Source: an uncultured Candidatus Saccharibacteria bacterium (GTDB taxonomy: Bacteria > Patescibacteriota > Minisyncoccia > Phycocordibacterales > Phycocordibacteraceae). Taken from it: a DNA stretch of 64,000 bases. This document shows, one piece after another, positions 38,575 through 49,200 of this stretch (the stretch's first letter is position 1; each line of letters begins with the position of its first letter). A program made the position numbers and the translations under genes. The notes under the pieces are model-generated. The model ran no database searches. It was not told the DNA's origin and saw only the letters and a list, made by a program, of their open reading frames with translations. The stretch covers positions 6,661-70,660 of the forward strand of contig CAYOCH010000002.1 of assembly GCA_964402535.1 (NCBI GenBank). Reading direction: 5' to 3'.

Positions 38575-39030
38575 CTACGCGAGGAGTGCGTCGATGACGG
38601 CCTTCACGTCTGCGCCGTCAGCCTTGCCCTTCAAGTCCTTCATCAGCATGCCGGTGAGCTTGCCGGCCTCGGCCTTCCAAGTGACGCCGAGTTCGGCCAT
38701 CTTGGCCTTTGCGATCGCCTCGATCTCGGCTCGCGGCATCATCTGGGGGAGATAGGAGTCGATGATCTCGAGCTCTGCCTGTTCGACGGCGATCAGGTCG
38801 GTGCGGTTCGCCTTGGTGAACTGCTCGATCGAGTCCTTGCGCTGGTTGCTCGAGCGCTTCAGCACCGCGATCGCCTCTTCGTCGGTGAGGAACTCGTCGG
38901 GCTTACGCTTCTTGGCGACGACCTCGTTCGTCATCGCGGTCACGAGCGAGCGGAGCGTGCGGAGCTTAACCTCGTCGTGCGCCCGCAGCGCCTCGGGGAT
39001 CGACTTCTTCAGTGTTTCGTGGATAGCCAT
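38575..39030 (-). CDS. GatB/YqeY domain protein
   Basis: QRKDSIEQF..ANR.DL...E.AEL.II..YLP, GKADG..V. Confidence 0.9.
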   Translation of the reverse strand: MAIHETLKKSIPEALRAHDEVKLRTLRSLVTAMTNEVVAKKRKPDEFLTDEEAIAVLKRSSNQRKDSIEQFTKANRTDLIAVEQAELEIIDSYLPQMMPRAEIEAIAKAKMAELGVTWKAEAGKLTGMLMKDLKGKADGADVKAVIDALLA

Positions 39031-39049
39031 ATGGCCGTATAATACACCA

Positions 39050-40105
39050 ATGGACGCGCTCACCATCCTCCTTATTGTCGCGGCGCTCGTCATCATCAAC
39101 CTCGTCGCGCTCGTGGTCATCTATGGGCGGATCAAGAAGCCGGCAGAGGAGGGGAGCGGCCTTGTCTTGCTGCAGCAGCAGATGCAGGAGCTCTCGCGCA
39201 CGCTCGACGCGCGCGTGTCAGAGTCGACCCGCATCGCTGCAGAGAACGCGCATCGCCAGTTCAGCGAGAGCAACAAGCTGATCAAAGAGATCACCACCGA
39301 GCTCACCTCGGTCAAGGAGATCGGCCGACAGACCCAGACCTATGCCGAGCAGCTACAGTCGCTCCAGGACCTCTTGAAGAACCCGAAGCAGCGCGGCATC
39401 CTCGGCGAGTACTATCTCGAGACCACGCTTAAGAACGTGCTCCCGCCCGGCATGTACCAGATCCAGTACCCCTTCAAGAACGGCGAGATCGTCGATGCAG
39501 CCGTATTCGTGAACGAAAAGGTCGTGCCGGTGGACTCCAAGTTCTCGCTCGACAACTACAACCGTTTCGTCTCGACGCCGGTCGGCTCGGCCGAGCGCGC
39601 CGCCGCCGAGAAGGCGTTCGTGAACGACCTGAAGCTCCGTATCCAAGAGACAGCCAAGTATATCCGGCCGGAGGAGGACACCATGGACTTCGCGTTCATG
39701 TTCATCCCGAGCGAGGGCATCTACTACGACCTCCTGACCAACCAAGTAGGCGGGGGAGAGGAGGAGAACCTGATCCAGCGCGCCGCGAGCAAGTATAAGG
39801 TCATTATCGTCTCGCCGACCTCGTTCTTGGCCTACCTCCAGACCGTGCTCCAGGGCTTGAAGGCGCTCGAGATCGAGAAGAGGGCTGAAGAGATCCAGAA
39901 GCGGGTGGGGGAGCTGACCAAGCACATCGAGGCGACCAATACCTTCTATATGAAGCTCGGCAACGCGCTCGGGACGGTCGTCTCTCACTACAATGCCGGC
40001 CACAAAGAGCTCGCCAAGATAGACAAGGACGTCTACCGCATCGCCGGGAACAAGGTCGGCGTCGAGCCCGAGCTCCTCGACAAGCCGGCTGCGGGAGACG
40101 AGTAG
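39050..40105 (+). CDS. rmuC: DNA recombination protein RmuC
   Basis: RGILGE, VDSKF, KYI.P..T.DFA.MFIPSE, VSPTS. Confidence 0.9.
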   Translation: MDALTILLIVAALVIINLVALVVIYGRIKKPAEEGSGLVLLQQQMQELSRTLDARVSESTRIAAENAHRQFSESNKLIKEITTELTSVKEIGRQTQTYAEQLQSLQDLLKNPKQRGILGEYYLETTLKNVLPPGMYQIQYPFKNGEIVDAAVFVNEKVVPVDSKFSLDNYNRFVSTPVGSAERAAAEKAFVNDLKLRIQETAKYIRPEEDTMDFAFMFIPSEGIYYDLLTNQVGGGEEENLIQRAASKYKVIIVSPTSFLAYLQTVLQGLKALEIEKRAEEIQKRVGELTKHIEATNTFYMKLGNALGTVVSHYNAGHKELAKIDKDVYRIAGNKVGVEPELLDKPAAGDE

Positions 40106-40106
40106 A

Positions 40107-40876
40107 TTACGAAAGTCAGACTCTCGTAAATCGTGTACTATGTGATGAATGCGCGTTGAGCCGTACGGCATCGATTCTATTGTCCACGCGATGAAGCGTG
40201 GTGCGCGTGGCTTGCCCATTACTCGTGATCTAGCGGATCAATGGAGATTCGTCCGGTTACTCTATTTTGCGAATGATGAGTACAAGGACGACTCATGGGA
40301 GCGAGAGACGGACGGGCTAGGTATGTTTGGTAGGCCGGACACATGGCCCGAACGCGTTCCGCTCGTCAAGATTCTCGGCTGGGTGCTCATGCCGAATCAT
40401 TTTCATCTGTTGCTTCGGGAAAGTCGCGAGCGTGGTATCTCGAAGTTCATGCAGAAACTGTGCGGCAGCATGACTGCGCATTTCAATTTGAAATATGAAG
40501 AGAGGGGAAGCCTGTTCCAAGGCGCGTATAAAGGGCGCACAATAGATAGTGATGTATACCTGCGGCATATAGGACCGTACATCATGGTGAAGAACGTGTT
40601 CGAACTCTACCCGGGCGGGTATGAGCGAGCCGTCAGCGAATTCGATACGGCATGGGAATGGGCGGTCGAGACGTACCGGTTCTCGAGTTTGGCGGATTAC
40701 GCTGCTGGTCGTAACTCGCCGATTATCGATAAGGATGTACTAGGAGGGCTGTTCCCGTCCCCAAGCGATTTCCGTGAGTACGCGAAGCAGGCCGTCCTTA
40801 GCCGGACTACCGAGTCCTTAGACGAGTTTCGCAGATTGGTTCTAGAATAGTTTACGAAAGTCAGACTCTCGTAAAT
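40107..40876 (+). mobile_element. Y1 transposase gene bracketed by identical 25-bp hairpins
   Basis: TTACGAAAGTCAGACTCTCGTAAAT at 40107-40131 and 40852-40876. Confidence 0.7.
40149..40850 (+). CDS. REP-associated/IS200-like tyrosine transposase (HUH)
   Basis: H...RG, LMPNHFHLLL, GSLFQG.YK, YI, FSS. Confidence 0.85.
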   Translation: MRVEPYGIDSIVHAMKRGARGLPITRDLADQWRFVRLLYFANDEYKDDSWERETDGLGMFGRPDTWPERVPLVKILGWVLMPNHFHLLLRESRERGISKFMQKLCGSMTAHFNLKYEERGSLFQGAYKGRTIDSDVYLRHIGPYIMVKNVFELYPGGYERAVSEFDTAWEWAVETYRFSSLADYAAGRNSPIIDKDVLGGLFPSPSDFREYAKQAVLSRTTESLDEFRRLVLE

Positions 40877-40933
40877 TGAGCCGAGGCGAGCGGGGTTGCC
40901 TTTTAGGGGGAGAAATGCTAGATTGCAGGGACT

Positions 40934-41251
40934 ATGGAAGTGGCCGTGATCAAGACCGGTGGCAAGCAGTATGTCGTCTCAAAGGGCGACACTATCGCTA
41001 TTGAGAAGCTCCCGGGCGATCTTAAGAAGGGTGACACGGTTGTCTTTGGCGAGGTGCTCCTCGTCGACAACGGCTCGGACACGACCATCGGCGCGCCGGT
41101 TATCAAGGGCGCGGAGGTCAAGGGCACTGTTGTTCTCGCCGGGAAGGCGAAGAAGGTCGAGGTGGTGAAGTACAAGCCGAAGAGCCGCTATTTCAAGCGC
41201 AACGGCCACCGCCAGCCGGTCCTCAAAGTCAAAATTGATTCGATAGCGTAA
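40934..41251 (+). CDS. rplU: 50S ribosomal protein L21
   Basis: AVIKTGGKQY.V, GHRQ. Confidence 0.95.
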   Translation: MEVAVIKTGGKQYVVSKGDTIAIEKLPGDLKKGDTVVFGEVLLVDNGSDTTIGAPVIKGAEVKGTVVLAGKAKKVEVVKYKPKSRYFKRNGHRQPVLKVKIDSIA

Positions 41252-41256
41252 CGCGC

Positions 41257-41361
41257 CAAAAGCTCGCGCTGCTGCGTTACGGGGCCCCGCAATTTCTTCC
41301 GTCGTACCTCTGAGTACGCCTCCAGAAATCGCATCCCCGTGCCTTGCATCTCGCGCTTTTG
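41257..41361. repeat. ~105-nt imperfect hairpin (MITE/REP-like or structured leader)
   Basis: Nested pairings CAAAAGC/GCTTTTG, ACGGGG/CCCCGT, ATTTCT/AGAAAT, CGTAC/GTACG. Confidence 0.6.
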
Positions 41362-41398
41362 ACTGCGTTTTGATAATACGCATCACTAACACTACGCA

Positions 41399-42805
41399 AT
41401 GCAAATAGGCAGATGGAATCATCAATCATCCGGCGGCTCTCACGGGGGCAGTCGGGGCTCTCGTCATGACGGCGAGCGCCGTTCTCATACCTCTCATAGC
41501 GCTCACACGTCGAGCGACACCGGCCATGCGCCGCGCCGACGCTCGTTCTCACCGGAGCGCGATGGGGCGCGCCGGAGCTACGGCGAGCGCCGTGGCTATA
41601 GCGGCCGCAGCAGTGGGCGCTCGTTTGGCGGCGATCGGCCGCGCGGCGGCAGCCGCGGTCGCGGCAGGGGAGGCGTCGGCGCCTTCGGCATGACCGAGAG
41701 TGAGATCGCCAAGTTCGTGAACAAGTCAGATGGTCCGGTAGAGGTGCAGCAGGCATTTACGCCTGAACACTCTTTCACCGACTTCGTGATCAACGAGCAC
41801 TTGAAGCGCAATATTCTCGCACGCGGCTACGAGACGCCGACGCCAATCCAGGACAAGGCGATCGAGCCAGCTCTCGAGGGCAAGGACGTGGTCGGTCTCG
41901 CAGAGACCGGCACCGGCAAGACCGCGGCCTTCTTGATCCCGCTCATCGATAAGGTGATGCGGGTGAAGGGGGAGCGCGTCCTCGTGATGGCGCCGACGCG
42001 CGAGCTCGCCGTCCAGATCGAAAAGGAGTTGGCCGGCTTCGCGAAGGGGCTCGGCTTCCGCGGCATGGTCGCGGTCGGCGGGGCGAACATCAACCCGCAG
42101 ATCTCGCAGCTCCGGCACAACCCGTCATTCGTGATCGGTACGCCGGGCCGCTTGAAGGACTTGATGGAGCGTCGTGCGCTAGACCTCTCTGGCTTCGGCA
42201 CGGTCGTGCTTGACGAGGCAGACCGGATGCTCGACATGGGCTTTATCGACGACATGCGCTTCATCCTCGGCAAGATGCGCGCAGAGCGTCACACGCTCTT
42301 CTTCAGTGCGACGATGTCCAAGGAGATCGAGTCGCTGATCGGCGACTTCTTGACCGACCCGGTCATCATCTCGGTCAAGACGCGCGACACGTCGAAGAAC
42401 GTCGATCAGGATGTCGTACGGATCCCGCGCGGCGCCGACAAGTTCAACGTGCTTGTCGATCTCTTGCAGGACCGCGACTTCAGCAAGGTGCTCGTCTTCG
42501 GTCGCACCAAGTACGGCGTCGAGAAGCTCGGCCGCATGCTCCACAAGAGCGGTATCAAGGCCGAGTCGATCCACGGCGACAAGTCCCACAACGCCCGTAT
42601 CCGAGCGCTCGAGCAGTTCAAGAGCGGTAAGGTGACGGCTCTTGTGGCGACCGACGTTGCCGCCCGCGGCCTCGATATCCCGGCCGTCTCGCACGTGATC
42701 AACTACGACCTGCCCTCGACCTATGAGGACTACGTCCACCGCATCGGCCGCACCGGCCGTGCAGAGGCCAAGGGCAAGGCGCTCACGTTCGTAGCCGATC
42801 GATAA
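41399..42805 (+). CDS. DEAD-box RNA helicase with N-terminal RG/S-rich tail
   Basis: PTPIQ, AETGTGKT, PTRELA, DEAD, SAT, HRIGRTGR. Confidence 0.95.
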   Translation: MQIGRWNHQSSGGSHGGSRGSRHDGERRSHTSHSAHTSSDTGHAPRRRSFSPERDGARRSYGERRGYSGRSSGRSFGGDRPRGGSRGRGRGGVGAFGMTESEIAKFVNKSDGPVEVQQAFTPEHSFTDFVINEHLKRNILARGYETPTPIQDKAIEPALEGKDVVGLAETGTGKTAAFLIPLIDKVMRVKGERVLVMAPTRELAVQIEKELAGFAKGLGFRGMVAVGGANINPQISQLRHNPSFVIGTPGRLKDLMERRALDLSGFGTVVLDEADRMLDMGFIDDMRFILGKMRAERHTLFFSATMSKEIESLIGDFLTDPVIISVKTRDTSKNVDQDVVRIPRGADKFNVLVDLLQDRDFSKVLVFGRTKYGVEKLGRMLHKSGIKAESIHGDKSHNARIRALEQFKSGKVTALVATDVAARGLDIPAVSHVINYDLPSTYEDYVHRIGRTGRAEAKGKALTFVADR

Positions 42806-42822
42806 TCTGCAGACCAAAGAGA

Positions 42823-42850
42823 AAAAGAGGCGGAGAAATCCGCCTCTTTT
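42823..42850. terminator. Intrinsic terminator
   Basis: AAAAGAGGCGGA-GAAA-TCCGCCTCTTTT. Confidence 0.85.
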
Positions 42851-43218
42851 GCATTGTATATACGGCATATCTTGTCTCGTCGAGACGAGATAGCAAGATG
42901 ATACGCGGGTGGATGATAGTAGGCGTGTACGAATGCTGCGATCGTAGCTGTGAGGTGGTCTTGAGCATGGACAGTGCCGGCATGCGGAGGCAAATCTCGG
43001 AGAATCTCCGTGGAACCACGATGACTGTTGATGCTGGTGTCTTGAGGCTCAAAATTCGCGTATGAGGGGGGGTCACATTTTGCGCACTTTTGGCCGCAGC
43101 AAATGGAGCGAGTCGGTGGCTCGATATCTTGCAGATCAAACTTTGAGCTACCTGAGACAGTCGATGCCATCCGAAAATTTTGCTTGAAAAGTTATCCACT
43201 CATAAAGATGCAATGAAC

Positions 43219-43251
43219 TGGAAATAATCAGTTAGTATCTGATTAGTTCCA
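43219..43251. promoter_or_regulatory. Operator-like inverted repeat around a -10-like hexamer
   Basis: TGGAAATAATCAG-TTAGTAT-CTGATTAGTTCCA (12/13 match), 11 nt before the giant ORF start. Confidence 0.5.
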
Positions 43252-43262
43252 CTCTTGTACGG

Positions 43263-46200
43263 ATGAAATCGAAGCGCGAAACGAAGGGCCTCATCTCCAC
43301 CCGCTACGCCGGAAAAATTTCGGGCTATACGTCTGCCTACTTGCGCCGCCTCGCACGCTCCGGTGAGATCGAGGGTGTGCAGGTCGGCCGCGTGTGGATG
43401 ATCCGCCAGGCCTCTCTGATTCGCTTTCTCGACGAGCAGGCCAAGCGCAAGGAGGAGCTCTCCAAGGAGCGCGCCCGCGTCCACGCCGAGGAGTACCTCT
43501 CACACCAGGCGCCGGTGAAGCGCGTAGTCGCCAAGATCGCGAAGCCGATCCCGGTCAAGAACGTCGACGTCGAGGGGCTCGTCTCGAGCTCGCGCTCGCT
43601 CGTGGTCACGGTCGTCGTGGCGCTCGTCGCTGGCACGATCGCAGCACAAGGTCTCACGCCGACGCTCACAAGGATCGCTGCGCAGCCGGCGGCGGCACTC
43701 AACGCCGGCGAGCAGATCGCCGTTGCGACCTACGAGACGATCCACGGCCTCTTCACCTCGACGACGAGTGCGCTTGCCGACCTCTTCGCTCCGGCGCCGA
43801 CGATCGTGGTACCGGCTCCGCAGATCCGCGTGAACAAGCCGCCGCTCGCAGTCGCGTCATCATCACCGACGCAGACCAAACCGAAGCAGGTCGCTATCGC
43901 TCCGATTCTCCCGGCTCCGTACAAGGAGCCGGCACCCGTTTCGTACCCGACCTACGTCACGACCATCAACGGCGTCTCGCAGAGCTATGTCGATGCCGCG
44001 GTCTCCGCGATGCGGAGCGGAATCCTCGCCACCGTCTCGGGGATGCTCGCGCCGGTCGCGCAGCAGACCGTCGTCAATCAGACGACCATCCAGCAGGTCA
44101 ACATGATCCAGCGGCTCGGCGGCCTGATCGTCGACAACGGCCAGTTCAACGGCGGCACGTTCGACAAGGGGACGATGACGAACGGCATCGCCGTGAATGC
44201 CGAGAATGCGACGTTCACGAATCTCTCGGCGGGCAACGTGAACCTGGGCGCATCGAACCTCGCGACGACGACCGTCTCGGGCGATCTCACGCTCTCGGGC
44301 GTCTTGTCGGCGAACACGAAGGCTGTCGCGCCCTACTTCGTCGCCACCGCCTCGAACGCCACCAGCACCTTTGCCGGCGGCCTTGCGGTCGGCACGCAGC
44401 GTCTCGTGGTCGACTCGACCACCGGCCGCGTCGGCATCGGCACGACCTCGCCAGCACAGACACTCGAGGTCTCGAGCGCCGGCGACTGGAGCGGCATCAA
44501 CATCACGACGACCGCCGCGGGCAACCACCAGGCGATCTCCTTCAATCACCCGGAGGGCTATCCCTTCCAGATCTTCACGAGCTACACCGGCGGGCGACCT
44601 GACACGCAGTTCTACGTCGGGAGCAGCGGGACGGTCTTCATGTCGAGCAACAAGTTGGCAGTGAACGGCGGGGCGATCCCGTCGGCATCTGAGGCAGCAC
44701 TCTCGGTCGTGCCGGTAGGCACTGAGCCTGGCTTGAACGTCAAGAATAACGTTAACGGCTCATCGTCGCTCTTGGTGACGAATCTCGGCAAGGTGGGTCT
44801 CGCTTCTACGACTCCCTGGGCGCAGCTCTCGGTGAACCCGAACGGCATCACGGGCCCCGCATTCGCGATCGGCAGCTCGACCGCCACCAACTTCGTCGTG
44901 ACGAACGGCGGGCAGGTGGGTATCGGGACGACAAGTCCGGCATACACGTTTGATGTTACCGGTAGTGCGCGGATGGATAACCTCGCAGTGTCACAGAGCG
45001 GCGGCTTCCGCGCTGTCACGGGCAGCTGGGCCGGATCGCCGAGCGGCGACAACCTGAGCTGGCTCGCATTCGGTTGGGCTGACAATACGAAATACCATCG
45101 TATCCGCACGTGCGGGTTCTCGAACGATAACTTGTGCTTCGATTTGATCAATCCGTCGACGCACTACCTCTCGATCACCGGGCAGCTGAACTCGGTCTAC
45201 GGTGCGACGATCGGCTATGCCGCGGGTACTGCCGGACCGACAAACGGCCTTGCCGTGAGCGGCTCGACAGGCATCGGCACCACCTCTCCGTGGGCGCAGC
45301 TCTCGGTTAACCCGAACGGGATCACTGGCCCCGCATTCGCAATCGGCTCCTCGACCGCCACGAACTTCGTCGTGACGAATGGGGGGAATGTCGGGATCGG
45401 GACTACTTCGCCGCAAAGCACGTTTGTCGTCAATGGCACGTCCCAGTTTACGAATAATGCTGTGTTCAATGCGCAGATCAGCGTCAGTCAGATTACCTCG
45501 CCGAATAACTTGTTGATTGCTGCAGGCGGACCACTGGTGCAGATTGCGGGTCACCTAGTGCCGCAAGTTACCGGTACATATGATTTGGGTTCTGCGAGTG
45601 CCGGATGGAGAAACGTGTATGTAACCGGGAACGTCGGCATCGGCACCACCTCGCCAAGCGCGACACTCGCAGTGCAGGGCAACGGCCTTTTCTCGGGCAA
45701 TCTCACCGCCTCGGGCAATACCTATATAGGTGCGACATCGGCGAACACCCTCACGGTGAACGCGCTCGTTAACTCTGACATCACGCCGAGCACGAACGCG
45801 GTCAACTCGCTCGGCTCGCCGAGCTTCTATTGGAAGAATGTCTACGCCGCGAACGTGATCGCCAACAACATCAGCGCCGCCTCGACCACGATCGCGGGCA
45901 CGGCCTCGGCCACCTTCACGATCAACTCGGGCAACGCGACGGCCGACACGCTCGACTCCTCACTCGTCTTCTTCCGCGGGACCGTCGTCCCGAACGCCGT
46001 TCTCGGTTGGGACTCGACCAACAAGCGCTTCACGATGAATCAGCCGCTCTTTATCCAGAACGCGTCGAATAACGGCGGCGGCGTGATCTCGCTCGCGGTA
46101 CAAGGGCTCGCTGGCCAGACCGCCGACGTCCTCCGCATCGCCTCCTCGACCGGCACGAGCTACTTGAACGTGACTGCGGGCGGGAATGTGGGGATCGGGA

Positions 46201-49200
46201 CGGCGAATCCGGGAAGCCTCTTCACCGTCTCTGGAGGGTCATCTGGTGAGCAGCAGGTGGCTTTGTTCACGAGTACCGGTTCAGCTAATACGAAGATCGC
46301 GATCGAAAATGCTGCGGTCGGCGGTCACAGGTGGGAATTGAGGTCAACATCGACCGGCACCTTCGATATCGTCGACAGAACCGCGCCTGCTCAGCGCTTC
46401 GTCATAGACACCGCCGGTAACGTCGGCATCGGCACGACCTCGCCGTGGGCGCAGCTCTCGGTGAACCCGAACGGGGTTACGGGCCCCGCGTTCGCAATCG
46501 GCAGCTCGACCGCCACGAACTTCGTCGTGACGAACGGCGGGCAGGTGGGTATCGGGACGACGAATCCGCAGCAGGCGCTGCATATCAGTACGACGAATAC
46601 GTATCAGGGCATCTTCTTGAACGGCAACGCAGCGCCCTCGATCGGGTTCGCCGGCTGGAGCGGGCTGACGCCCGCGTGGAAGGTGGGCATCAGCGGGTCG
46701 GCAGGGAGCAACTTGGCTATCAGCACCGGAGCGGCGAACGCCGACCTCTTCAACTTCACGACCGCGGGCAATCTCGGCATCGGGACGACCTCGCCGTGGG
46801 CGCAGCTCTCGGTGAACCCGAACGGGGTTACGGGCCCCGCCTTCGCGATCGGCTCCTCGACCGCGACGAACTTCGTCGTGACGAACGGCGGGCAGGTGGG
46901 GATCGGCACAAGCAATCCGACGCTCGGGACGGGCTCGACGACCCTCGAAGTCTACGGCAACGGCGGCGGCTTCACCCAGTACGGCTCGCTGTCTCTCGCC
47001 AACACTACGAACTCCGGCAGCTCCTATTCAGGCTCGGTCGACTACTACGGCGCTACCACGTTGTACGGCCAGATTCGCACGCACGTGATCACCGGCGGCC
47101 CGAGCGGTATGTCCCAGATCGAATTGTCGGCGCTGAATGGCGGCGCGCTGAATCAGGTGTTCACGGTCGGTGGCACCGGCAGCGTGACGGTCGGCACCGC
47201 AAACGGTGTGTCGAGCGGGTATCTTGGCGTCTACAACTCGGCCGGATACGGGCAGACGAATACCGGCATCATCTTGGGCAACATGCAGACGGGCGCCGGC
47301 TCGAATATCGGGGTCAACTTCGTCGACTACGCGCAGAACAACATCGCGCAGATCCTCGGCGTGTATCCGGGCGGCACCAAGGCCGGCAGCCTCGCGTTCT
47401 CGACCGGGAACGGCACGAGCCTGAACGAAGCGATGCGCATCACGAGCGCCGGCAATATCGGCATCGGTACCTCGACTCCCGCAGAGAAACTGGACGTCGC
47501 CGGGCGGCTCTCGATCGAGGATATCTCGGGCAATCCGCCGTCGGCGGCTCGGTCGTCATTTGTCTTCGAGAGCAATACGGACCCTCTCAATACGTCCGTC
47601 TCGGCGCTCTACGTGTATCCGAGGACCGACACCTCTAAGCGCTTCTATTTCGGCACGACGACGCACCAGTTCTATGCCGTCGACTTCTCGAACGTCTTGA
47701 GCATCACGGGTGTGACCAGTATCCAAGGCGCTCCCAACACGCAGGCGATCGATTTTTCATCGGCTGCGTATGACACGACCTACGGCACGGCGACGTTCGA
47801 CTTCAAGCCCACGGTCGATAACACCCGGCCGGTCGTGCTGCGCAACTCGCGCGTCACCGACAGCGCGACCTCGGTCGGCTTCGTGCTGAAGACGGTCAAT
47901 ACGCTCTCGAACGCATCGGCGAAGCTCCTGACGCTCGACAACAACACGACGAACCTTCTGACCGTCATGGCGAACGGCAATGTCGGCATCGGGACCACTT
48001 CTCCATTCGCTGACCTTTCGATTGGCGGGGCGAGCAACGGGACTAACCCGCTCTTCGCGGTCTCGACCTCGACTGCGAGCGCGACCTCGACCGCCTTCAT
48101 CATCGACAAGAACGGGAATGTCGGCATCGGGACGGCGAACCCGGGCCAGGCGCTCACGGTGAATGGCGAGATCAGCCTCTTGGGCGCATCTGGCTCGTCG
48201 CGCGGGCTCTTGGGCGCGCCGACATGGGACAACTCATACGTCTCGCTCCAGAACGGGTCGTTGAGTGAGAGCGCCGCGAACTCGGCGATCAACCAAAACA
48301 GCCTCGGTGACACGATCGTGAACGCCGCGACCGGCAGGGCGCTCCACCTGCGCGTCGGCAACACCGAGCAGATGAGCTTTAACGGCACCATCGCCGCATT
48401 CCAGAACGTGAACGTCGGCATCGGGACCACGAGCCCGGCAGACAATCTCGACGTATACGCGCCGAACAACGCGGGATTGGCGAAGATTGGACTGATAAGG
48501 GGCGATGGAGCGGGGTATCTGACGCAATGGACCTATGGCCCGGCGGGGAACGGATTCCTCGAGATCGGCGAGAACGAGGCGTTCAACAGCTCCGGCTCGG
48601 CGCGGGTACAGTTCAATACCGGAGCGCCGTCGTGGTTCCAGCAGTTCAACACCAACGTCGACAGCTATCAGATCGCACGCATCCCGGCGGGCGGCAGCAC
48701 GGCAAACGTGATGCTCTATATACAGAGTAACGGCAACGTCGGCATCGGCACCACCTCTCCCTCGCAGGCGCTCTCTGTGCAGGGCAATGGCCTCTTCTCG
48801 GGCAACATCACGGCAGCGAACATCACGGCGACTGGGACGGTGACTGCCGCGAATTTCTCCGGCCCAGGTGTAGATCCGCAAGGATATGGCAACTACTTGT
48901 CGATAAATCCTGCGACTCAGGATCTCAAATTCTCACGCGGCGGCTACTGGCTCAATTTCAATTTGACCAACAACACGCCTGTCATCACATCACAGAACAA
49001 TCTATTAGCCCTGCCTGGTATCACAGCGACATCCTCTGTATTTACGGGATACTCCGCGCAGCAAGATGTGAGTCGCTCAACGATCCTCTCGCTCACGCGG
49101 CAGAATACCGGCGCCCGCTTTCAACAAGCAGCAAACTTCATAATGGGCGGCTACGATTCGGCACAAACTGCGCATACGCAATTGGATATCGCCCTCACGA

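Noticed and set aside
42730-43199. ORFs of 138-146 aa in the helicase-fibre intergenic region
   Set aside because: No recognisable motifs; they run through the terminator and overlap the helicase end
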